A stretch of DNA of 64,000 bases from Pseudomonadota bacterium (GTDB taxonomy: Bacteria > Pseudomonadota > Gammaproteobacteria > UBA1113): contig JAJXUV010000010.1 in assembly GCA_021782495.1 (NCBI GenBank), positions 11,601-75,600 on the forward strand, in the 5' to 3' direction. The notes under the pieces were generated by a model. It worked only from the letters and a program-made list of their open reading frames with translations. It ran no database searches and was not told the origin of the DNA. The translations under genes were made by a program, and so were the position numbers. Shown here piece after piece: positions 9,241-18,014 of the stretch (position 1 is its first letter; each line of letters begins with the position of its first letter).

Positions 9241-9262
9241 ATGAAACGATCATTGCAATTAA
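9241..9262 (+). repeat. left copy of the 22-nt direct repeat duplicating the uvrB start (attL-like)
   Basis: atgaaacgatcattgcaattaa is identical to 20336-20357. Here it opens only a 10-codon dead-end ORF (MKRSLQLTEQ*). Confidence 0.9.
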
Positions 9263-9380
9263 CTGAGCAATAAAAACAGGTAAGTGTTGCTAGCTCGTTT
9301 AAATAGAAATTCACATTACTTTAAATAGTGAATACTGATTTCCTAAATGATACTGTTGTACAAACAAATTCTACATTTTA

Positions 9381-9389
9381 TGTTATAAT
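9381..9389 (+). promoter_or_regulatory. extended -10 element (TGtTATAAT) upstream of the NRPS
   Basis: tgttataat lies about 105-150 nt upstream of the NRPS start candidates. No clear -35. Confidence 0.3.
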
Positions 9390-9531
9390 TCTCCGGATAA
9401 GTTAATTTATTTTATACCGATCGGACACTTTTAATATAAATATAACGACAAACAGTGGATTTTTATTATTATAATATTGGGCGGTTAAGCAATATGAATA
9501 CTTCAGGAAAACTATTATTAAAAAAAAAGCT

Positions 9532-12500
9532 TTGATATTAGGCGAAAGCAAATTATGCATCCAATGCATTGAATATTTATTGAATGATGATCATTGGGAG
9601 CTAATTGCTATTGTATCACAGGATCCCATTGTTATTCAATGGTGTAATCAACATTCAGTTTTGGTTTTACCTTTTGCTAGATTGGATGAAATTCATGATA
9701 CGGAATTTTATCTTTTTAGCGTTGTGAATTTCAATATCATTCCAGAATCATTTTTTAAACAGAATAAAATTATTCTGGCTTTAAATTATCATGATAGTTT
9801 ACTGCCTAGATACGCGGGTCTGAATAGTACCACGTGGGCTATTGTTGAGAATGAAAAAATACACGGGGTTAGTTTACATTGTATCAGCTCTGAAATTGAT
9901 GCAGGAGATATTATTTTACAAGCTGAAATTCCCATTGAGAAGAATGAAACTGCAATATCTCTCAATCTAAAATGTAGTGAGAAGTTACTTCTTTTATTTC
10001 AAGAAGCTATTCATCAAATCAATGCTGGGACAATCGCTACCTTCAAACAAGACCGTGTACACAGAACTTACTATGGTCTTGAATATATCCCTGAAAATTA
10101 TGCCTTGATGAATGGGATTAAAGATTTTTCTTTTTTAGATAGATTGCGCCGAGGATTGACCTTTGGTGAGGGCTATAGCAATAGCGTTGCCAGCCTTAAA
10201 ATTTTTTTGCATGATAGATTTTATATATTAAGTGATCCGAAGCCAAGCGTATGGACTGCAGAGAAATTTGAAAAAAATGCAAAAGAATCTCTTTTTAACA
10301 CCATCTTAGACATTTATGGCCATAAAACCAATGTTCATATTACTTTTAAAGAGCTATTGCCAGCTTATAACCTGAGTCAAGAAGATTTATTGTATCTTTC
10401 TCAGCTAAAGGCACTTGAACCCAAACAAAAACAATCTATTTCAGACTATCTAAATGAAGAGGCATCGCTTTCTATTTTAGATCCTGTGATGAACCGTGAT
10501 GCTTTAGAGATCTATACCAAAGAAATAATGCTTCCTGATGCGATGGAACCTGAGACCGCTTTAGCGATAGTTTATGTCGTTTTGACCCGGTTTTTTGAAG
10601 AAGATTTCATTTTTTCTGTGTATAATTTTGATGGAACAATCCCAGACTCTCTCAAAAACCTCATTGAAAAGCGGTGTTTTATCAAAGCGAGTCGAGAAAA
10701 GCTAACAGAAACTTTTGCAGAACTCAAAGAGTCTGTAAAAAAAATGAAAGACGATGCTTATCTTTTAGTGAAGGATTTTGGGTATCGCTATCATCTGTCT
10801 TTGTTAACGGACATTGCGGTGACTTTGAATAGGAAAGATGAATACATTGATAAACACAAGATCAAAATCAATGTGGAAAGTCATTCACTTACTATTGAAG
10901 GCCGGAATGAATATGCATTGCAGATGAGTAGTATTGGCAATTGTTTAGAAGTGCTTTTTTGTAAATACCTTAAAAATAATTTTCTAGGTGAAAATTTAAG
11001 AACCATTCAATTATTAAGCGATGCAGAGTACCAGAAAATAGTGTATGAGTGGAACAAAACAGAGGTGGATTGCCCAGATAATAAAACCCTTCACCAATTG
11101 TTTGAAGAGCAAGTTAAAAGAACGCCTAATAATATTGCCGTAGTTTATCAAGATAGGCAATTGAGTTATAGTGAATTGAATGCGAAAGCAAATCAGTTGG
11201 CGCGTTATATTTCCAGGATACATCCGATTAGCCCAGATAATTTCATCGCACTGTGCTTGGATAGAAGTGAATATCTGATAATCAGTATTCTTGCGGTATT
11301 AAAGTGTGGAGCCGCGTATGTTCCCATTGATCCAAATTATCCTGTTAATAGAATACGCTATATTTTAGAAGATGCGAAACCAGCGCTTGTGCTAACGAAT
11401 GAACGGCACAATGCATCTTTAAAAAATATTAAATCGGGTTTATTGTTAGTCAATGTGGACAGTCCGGAAAATTCAAATAGAATACCCAAAGAAAAAACAG
11501 ATAACCTAAACACACAGGTTACGAGTACTCATTTAGCTTATGTTATCTATACGAGTGGCACAACGGGCCAACCAAAAGGAGTCTTACAGAACCATGGAAA
11601 TGTGGTCAGTTTATTTCATGCAACAGAGAATCTATATCAATTTGATACACAAGACGTATGGACATTATTTCATTCATACGTATTTGATGTCAGCATATGG
11701 GAAATATGGGGCGCATTCATTTATGGGGGAAAATTAATCGTACCAAGTTATGAACAAATTAAAGATTTGGAAGATTTTTATGAATTGTGTTGTCGCTTTA
11801 ATATTACTGTTTTAAATCAAACGCCCTCTGTATTTTATCAATTCAGCGAAATTATCTTTAAAAGACAGGGTGCATCATTAAAAAAATTGCGGTATATAAT
11901 ATTTGCAGGTGAGAAACTAGATTTGATGCAATTAAAATCGTGGTTTCATCATTTTCCCTCAAATAATCCAAAACTGGTCAATATGTACGGTATCACTGAA
12001 ACAACCATACATACGACGTATAAAATTATCAAGAAAGAGGAGTTAAGCAATAAATCTCTTATTGGAAGATGTCTACCTGATAAAAAGGGATATGTGTTAG
12101 ACGCGGATTTAAATATATTACCGACGGGGGCAATTGGTATTTTATATGTCGGTGGTTCAGGCATTACCCGAGGGTACCTCAATCAACTTGATTTAACCCA
12201 CAGAAAAATTATTCCTAATTTATTTCAAACCTTGGATGAAAAGCATCACCATAAAAATGCTTTCTTATACGACAGTGGGGATAAAGTATGTTATTTACCC
12301 AATGGCGAATTAGAATATATTGGTAGAAATGATACCCAAGTTAAGATCCGTGGGTTTAGAATTGAATTAGCTGAAATTGAAGCAATTATCAACAGTTGTT
12401 CTGGTATTCAGCAAAGTATTGTATTGATGAAAGAGCTTCAAGCCGGGTTAGGCGGTCAAGCTTCCAAAAAATATTTAATAAGTTATTATACCGCAGAATT

Positions 12501-15500
12501 TGAATTGGAAAAAAAAGCCATATTAGAGCATATCGCCCAATATTTACCTGATTATATGATTCCAACGGCGCTTATGTATCTTAAAAAATTTCCTTTAACC
12601 ATTAATGGAAAATTAGACTACAGAGCGCTTCCGGACATATTTTTAACCAATAGCGCCACCTATGTCGCACCCCGTAATGAATTAGAATTGAATTTATGCG
12701 CCGTTTTTGCCAATGTGCTCGGGTTGGATAAAAATAAAATTGGCATTAAAGATAACTTTTTTAACTTGGGGGGTGACAGTATTTTTGCCATTAAAGTTGT
12801 CACGCAACTAAACAGTCTCTATCAGCTTAAATTACAAGTCAATGATATTTTTACCTACAAAACAGTGGAACTGCTAGCTGCTGTATTAGAAACAGATAAT
12901 TCTTTTCAAAATGAGTCAATTCAAAATTCAAATTATCAGAAATTTTCCCTTATTTCTGATGCATTTAATCTTATCGATGACGCAGTAGAAGATGTTTATC
13001 CAGCGAGTTATTTGCAAATGGGGATGATTTTTGAATCCACACGCGATAACCATCAAGGAACTTATCATGATGTATTTTGTTACACCATAGAGAGTATTTT
13101 TAATCATGAAAAATTTATTTCTATTTGGAATAAGCTGGTTGCCAAACACGAACTGCTCAGAGCGAAATTTGTCCCGTCCAGTTATGGGTATAATGTCGTC
13201 ATTGCGAAAAAAAATCTTGTACAAGTTCAAGCGTTTGAGGAACGAAATTCCTTAGACATTTTGGCTGAAGAAAAATTACGTGACATTAATCAAAATGAAA
13301 CGGGTCTCTATAGATTGATCGTGAATAAAAAAAAACAGCGATTTGATTTTATTTTTTCCTTTCATCACGCGATAGTGGATGGGTGGAGTGTTGCTTCTCT
13401 AGTTAATGAATTTATTCAAGCCTATGTTTTTGACAAAGATGTTATCCATGATTTGTCTAATATCAGTTATGGGGAATTCATACAAAATGAAAGAAAAGCC
13501 ATTCAGGATCAAACTAAATTTCAGTTTTGGAAAGATTATTTGGCTGATTTTCAAGTGCCAAGATTTGGTTGGAAAGTTGAAAATGAAAGTTCAGGCAGAG
13601 GTACTTTCAATGTGCGTCGTGAGTTGAGTCAAAAAGAAGTCAATAAACTCTATTCTTTAGCCAATGAGTATGCCGTTAGTGTAGACACGATATTTTTAGA
13701 AGCCTACTTTAGAACGTTGGCACAATTTTCTGATCAAGAAGATATTATCGTGGGGTTGGTAGTCAATAATCGTTTGGAAAGAGAAGGAGGGGATAGATTA
13801 ATCGGATTATTTTTAAATACAATACCATTTCGGGTTAAAGTAAACAGTGCATTGAGTGCAAAAGTTATTTTTAATGAAAAAATAAACCTTTATAAGTATA
13901 AAGATTTACCCTATGGCTGTATAAAGTCAATTTTTAAGGATAAAATTTATGACTTTGCATTTAACTTTACACATTTTCATTCCTTGACAGATAGTTATCC
14001 GTACATTTCAAATTTTGTTGCATTTGAACGAACCAGTATATCTGCATTATTGAATGTTTATCAAAAAGAAAATGCCTTCACCTTGTTGTTGGCTGCCCAT
14101 AGTGATTATATAAATCAAACTTATCTAGATTATTTTATGAGCTATTATCAATTTAATTTAAATTTGATTCTTGATGGCAGTCCAGATAAAACCATTTTGA
14201 CCCAAGAAGATTATATAAAATTAACTCGAACTTGGAATGCAACGACAGCGCCGTATTCTGAAAATAAAACGATACAGCAACTTTTTGAAGAGCAAGCGCT
14301 AAAAACACCGAATAAGACAGCGGTTGTTTATGAGAACAGAGCCTTCACTTATCAAGAATTAAATGAGCTTTCTAATCAGTTAGCACATTTTATAAAAACA
14401 CAATACAAACTTTGTCTAGAGGATTTGGTGATCTTATTTTTAGAGAGAAGCGAAGCTATTCTCCTAGCCATATTAGCTGTTTTTAAAGCAGGTGCTGCTT
14501 ATGTTCCTATAGGTACTGATTATCCTAAGGATAGGATCCAATATATTCTCGAGGATACTAAAGCAAGACTTATATTGTCCGATGATAGGAATATAAGCAA
14601 GTTAGAGCATATTAAACCAAGCACTCAGAATATCTCCTCAGTATTATCTTTGGATAATTTTTATAAAAATTTGAAACACACAGATTTTTCGAGAGCAAAT
14701 CTTCAAACAGAACTCACAAGCAAGCATCTTGCTTATGTTATGTATACCAGTGGAACCACAGGGTATCCTAAGGGGGTTATGGTTGAGCATAAAAGTATTG
14801 TTAATATAATACAACAGTTGGCTAGTCTATACGATGTGAACCTCGGAGATAGAATATCTGCATTCTGTGCCTATACTTTTGATGTGTCGGTTTCAGAATT
14901 TTTTGCGCCTTTAATCATAGGGGCTACTGTTTATATTCTGCCTGAATTTTTAAGAAGAGAGGTAGAAGAGTTAAGCTTATATATTCGAACACACAAAATT
15001 AATCATTTGTATTTGCCACCGGTCTTATTGGCGCTGTTGCCCAGAGTAAATTACCCCGATTTACGCCGAATAATTTATGCTGGAGAAGCCTGTGATCAAA
15101 AAACAGGTGCATATTGGTCCAGACATTTTGAGTTGTTTAATTATTATGGTCCCACAGAAACGACGATATATGCAATAGGAAAGCAAGTTATCGAAGGAGA
15201 CGTTCAGTTGATTGGTAAGCCTTTGAATAATTATAAAGTATATGTTCTGGGTAAAAATTTAAATTTATTACCTTGTGGTGCAATAGGGGAATTGTATATC
15301 AGTGGTGTAGGCCTTGCTAGAGGTTATTTAAATCAACCAGCATTAACACAAGAAACATTCATTGCTAATCCCTTTGCATCTGCAGAAAATAATGCGCATG
15401 ATGATCGATTGTATAAAACGGGAGATTTAGTCAGATTTACACTAAATGGGGATATTCATTATCTTGGACGAGTGGACAAGCAAGTTAAGATAAGGGGCTA

Positions 15501-18003
15501 TAGAATTGAGCTTAGTGAAATAGAAAGTGTGATAAATCGTCACGCTAATATTAAACAAAGTTTGGTTATTTTAGAAGAAGATCATCGTTCTGATATAGAA
15601 AATACCGACAAATATTTAATAGCCTATTATGTAAAAGAAATAAAGGGGACCGGAAGTGATCCCACAGATTTTGTTAAAAATTGGCAAGAAATCTATGATT
15701 TAACTTACAGAGGATTAGATAGGGAAGATTTGAAAAATAATTTTGTTGGATGGAATAGTTCTTATACTGGAACACCTATTTCGAAGGCGCAAATGTGTGA
15801 ATGGCGAGATGAAATCGTCACTAAACTGCGACAATTAGTTCTGAAACGGGTGCTCGAAATCGGTTGTGGAAATGGATTGATACTTTTTAACTTAATAGAT
15901 GAATGTAAGTATTATCGTGCCTTCGATTTTTCCGCATCCGCTGTGCAGCATATTCAAAAATGGGTTAGACATTTTTGTTTTGCTGATAAATGTGAAGTGT
16001 CTCTATCTGAAGCAAGCGATATTGTATTTGAAAGCTTGCCAAAAGACTACGATACAGTCATTCTGAATTCAGTGGCCCAATATTTTCCCACTTTAGATTA
16101 TTTGGAAAATATTTTAATTAAAATCATAGAGAATATGAAAGTTTCAGGACAGATTTTCATAGGCGATGTTCGGGATTTTAGGTTGTTAGAGTGCTTTTCT
16201 TATTCAGTATTACGCTTTAAGCAAAAAACTGTTGGCATTTCGGATATTGAGTATTTTAAAATAAAAGAAAAAGAACTATTGATTTCACCAGAGTATTTTC
16301 TGTACCTTAAACATCGCCATAGTAGTATATCTTATATTGAGCTATTACCAAAATTAGCCGATTCAGTCAATGAAATGAATTGTTATAGATATGATGTTGT
16401 TTTACATATCAATAAGCACAACATGAAAAATGTTTTCACTGTCGATGAAAATAATTTTTTAAAAACAACAAATATCCAAGAAACCCTCAATATGAATAAC
16501 GAAGAAATCCTCTATTTAAAATATCCAAATATAAGAATTTACGAAGATTATATAAATTGTCAAAGCTTATATGGCCATGACTCAGGTGAGTTTATTCTGG
16601 AAAAAAATAAGGCTTTATTTAACATTACTCAGTTGACAAAGATTTTCAATGAATTTGGGTATGAGCCAAAATTTTATTTGGGTATCGTTGAGCCGCTTTA
16701 TCTGAATATCATAGCATGTAAAAATAAAAAGTATGCCGCGAAGACTTTTGCTCTTGATTGCCAAGATGTTTTTTTAATAAAAAAACGTTTTTCGAATGAT
16801 CCGTTGAAAAATATGGGATTATTAAACAATAAATACACCGAAAAATTAAAAAACTATTTAGAAAGTCAATTGCCCAATTATATGCTCCCCAGATATTTAA
16901 TTCTGCTTGATCGCATACCCACTAATTCAAACGGAAAAATTGATTACACGAGCTTACCTAAGCCGAAATTTAATTTTAGTAGTCATTATGAAGCACCAAA
17001 AACAGAATTAGAAAAGCAACTTAGTGAAATCTTTTCTAAAGTACTGAATTTGTCTCAGAATAAAATAAGCGTTTGTGATAATTTTTTTGAGATAGGAGGT
17101 AATAGCATTTTAGCAATCCAACTGGTTTCTATGATAAATTCAAAATTAAATTATACACTTAAGGTGGTAGATGTATTTTCTATGCGAACTATTCAAAATC
17201 TTTCCAATCATTTATCTTCTGTAAAAGATAATTCATCTTACATTGCAAATTTAAATCACGTTTATAATAAGTTAAATATGTTTATGATACATCCCGCTTT
17301 TGCTGGCTCTGAAGTTTATATTAAATTATCTGACCAATTGGTGGACAATTATAGTTGTTATGGACTAGATAATTATAATTTGTATCATTCTCAGAAAATA
17401 ACCGATATTCAAGAACTAGCCCATTTTTATTTGAATTTAATAGATAAAGTTAGAACGGAAACGCATCAAGAAAATAAACCTTATCTATTACTAGGTTGGT
17501 CTTTAGGGGGGCAAATTGCATTGAGTATTGCTTCCATTTTGGAGCAATGCGGTTATGAGGATATTTTTGTCATTCTTATTGATACGGTTTATCCTGATAA
17601 AATGCTGATGGACTATTTATCGCGAGTGGGTTTAAATGAATTGCAATTAAATTTTTTTAGGGAACAACTTAGATTTGAACCGAATTATCTAGCTAAAATT
17701 AAAAATAACTTTGATTGTGATCGGTATTTGTCTTCGCAAGCCCTGAATATTCGACTAAAATATACTCAGATTTTATTGTTTAAAGCCATGCAAAAGGAAA
17801 GTGTATTTTTTTCGAAAAATGATAGGTTCCTGAAGGAATATATTAGGGGGTTATCTTACAATAATATAGATAAAATAATTGACATTAATAAGATTGGTTT
17901 AGTAAAATTAGAAAATGCAACCCATTTTAATATTTTGGAGCGAAATGAATTCATAAAGACTCATATTTCAGTCTTTATGAATCAAATGGAAGTTTTTGGA
18001 TAG
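9532..18003 (+). CDS. non-ribosomal peptide synthetase: F-(C-like remnant)-A-T-C-A(MT)-T-TE
   Basis: Domain landmarks by nt:
- Formyltransferase HDSLLPRYAGLN, about 9532-10130.
- A1 core LAYVIYTSGTTGQPKGV at 11533, then NMYGITETT and NGKLDY.
- T1 FFNLGGDS, Ser codon 12778-12780.
- C domain HHAIVDGWS at 13363-13389.
- A2 LAYVMYTSGTTGYPKGV at 14728.
- SAM-MT motif VLEIGCGNGL at 15850-15880, inserted between A8 and A9.
- T2 FFEIGGNS, Ser codon 17104-17106.
- TE GWSLGG at 17494-17511.
The start is TTG at 9532; see the frameshift finding. Confidence 0.93.
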   Translation: MILGESKLCIQCIEYLLNDDHWELIAIVSQDPIVIQWCNQHSVLVLPFARLDEIHDTEFYLFSVVNFNIIPESFFKQNKIILALNYHDSLLPRYAGLNSTTWAIVENEKIHGVSLHCISSEIDAGDIILQAEIPIEKNETAISLNLKCSEKLLLLFQEAIHQINAGTIATFKQDRVHRTYYGLEYIPENYALMNGIKDFSFLDRLRRGLTFGEGYSNSVASLKIFLHDRFYILSDPKPSVWTAEKFEKNAKESLFNTILDIYGHKTNVHITFKELLPAYNLSQEDLLYLSQLKALEPKQKQSISDYLNEEASLSILDPVMNRDALEIYTKEIMLPDAMEPETALAIVYVVLTRFFEEDFIFSVYNFDGTIPDSLKNLIEKRCFIKASREKLTETFAELKESVKKMKDDAYLLVKDFGYRYHLSLLTDIAVTLNRKDEYIDKHKIKINVESHSLTIEGRNEYALQMSSIGNCLEVLFCKYLKNNFLGENLRTIQLLSDAEYQKIVYEWNKTEVDCPDNKTLHQLFEEQVKRTPNNIAVVYQDRQLSYSELNAKANQLARYISRIHPISPDNFIALCLDRSEYLIISILAVLKCGAAYVPIDPNYPVNRIRYILEDAKPALVLTNERHNASLKNIKSGLLLVNVDSPENSNRIPKEKTDNLNTQVTSTHLAYVIYTSGTTGQPKGVLQNHGNVVSLFHATENLYQFDTQDVWTLFHSYVFDVSIWEIWGAFIYGGKLIVPSYEQIKDLEDFYELCCRFNITVLNQTPSVFYQFSEIIFKRQGASLKKLRYIIFAGEKLDLMQLKSWFHHFPSNNPKLVNMYGITETTIHTTYKIIKKEELSNKSLIGRCLPDKKGYVLDADLNILPTGAIGILYVGGSGITRGYLNQLDLTHRKIIPNLFQTLDEKHHHKNAFLYDSGDKVCYLPNGELEYIGRNDTQVKIRGFRIELAEIEAIINSCSGIQQSIVLMKELQAGLGGQASKKYLISYYTAEFELEKKAILEHIAQYLPDYMIPTALMYLKKFPLTINGKLDYRALPDIFLTNSATYVAPRNELELNLCAVFANVLGLDKNKIGIKDNFFNLGGDSIFAIKVVTQLNSLYQLKLQVNDIFTYKTVELLAAVLETDNSFQNESIQNSNYQKFSLISDAFNLIDDAVEDVYPASYLQMGMIFESTRDNHQGTYHDVFCYTIESIFNHEKFISIWNKLVAKHELLRAKFVPSSYGYNVVIAKKNLVQVQAFEERNSLDILAEEKLRDINQNETGLYRLIVNKKKQRFDFIFSFHHAIVDGWSVASLVNEFIQAYVFDKDVIHDLSNISYGEFIQNERKAIQDQTKFQFWKDYLADFQVPRFGWKVENESSGRGTFNVRRELSQKEVNKLYSLANEYAVSVDTIFLEAYFRTLAQFSDQEDIIVGLVVNNRLEREGGDRLIGLFLNTIPFRVKVNSALSAKVIFNEKINLYKYKDLPYGCIKSIFKDKIYDFAFNFTHFHSLTDSYPYISNFVAFERTSISALLNVYQKENAFTLLLAAHSDYINQTYLDYFMSYYQFNLNLILDGSPDKTILTQEDYIKLTRTWNATTAPYSENKTIQQLFEEQALKTPNKTAVVYENRAFTYQELNELSNQLAHFIKTQYKLCLEDLVILFLERSEAILLAILAVFKAGAAYVPIGTDYPKDRIQYILEDTKARLILSDDRNISKLEHIKPSTQNISSVLSLDNFYKNLKHTDFSRANLQTELTSKHLAYVMYTSGTTGYPKGVMVEHKSIVNIIQQLASLYDVNLGDRISAFCAYTFDVSVSEFFAPLIIGATVYILPEFLRREVEELSLYIRTHKINHLYLPPVLLALLPRVNYPDLRRIIYAGEACDQKTGAYWSRHFELFNYYGPTETTIYAIGKQVIEGDVQLIGKPLNNYKVYVLGKNLNLLPCGAIGELYISGVGLARGYLNQPALTQETFIANPFASAENNAHDDRLYKTGDLVRFTLNGDIHYLGRVDKQVKIRGYRIELSEIESVINRHANIKQSLVILEEDHRSDIENTDKYLIAYYVKEIKGTGSDPTDFVKNWQEIYDLTYRGLDREDLKNNFVGWNSSYTGTPISKAQMCEWRDEIVTKLRQLVLKRVLEIGCGNGLILFNLIDECKYYRAFDFSASAVQHIQKWVRHFCFADKCEVSLSEASDIVFESLPKDYDTVILNSVAQYFPTLDYLENILIKIIENMKVSGQIFIGDVRDFRLLECFSYSVLRFKQKTVGISDIEYFKIKEKELLISPEYFLYLKHRHSSISYIELLPKLADSVNEMNCYRYDVVLHINKHNMKNVFTVDENNFLKTTNIQETLNMNNEEILYLKYPNIRIYEDYINCQSLYGHDSGEFILEKNKALFNITQLTKIFNEFGYEPKFYLGIVEPLYLNIIACKNKKYAAKTFALDCQDVFLIKKRFSNDPLKNMGLLNNKYTEKLKNYLESQLPNYMLPRYLILLDRIPTNSNGKIDYTSLPKPKFNFSSHYEAPKTELEKQLSEIFSKVLNLSQNKISVCDNFFEIGGNSILAIQLVSMINSKLNYTLKVVDVFSMRTIQNLSNHLSSVKDNSSYIANLNHVYNKLNMFMIHPAFAGSEVYIKLSDQLVDNYSCYGLDNYNLYHSQKITDIQELAHFYLNLIDKVRTETHQENKPYLLLGWSLGGQIALSIASILEQCGYEDIFVILIDTVYPDKMLMDYLSRVGLNELQLNFFREQLRFEPNYLAKIKNNFDCDRYLSSQALNIRLKYTQILLFKAMQKESVFFSKNDRFLKEYIRGLSYNNIDKIIDINKIGLVKLENATHFNILERNEFIKTHISVFMNQMEVFG

Positions 18004-18014
18004 GAGCCAGAAAA

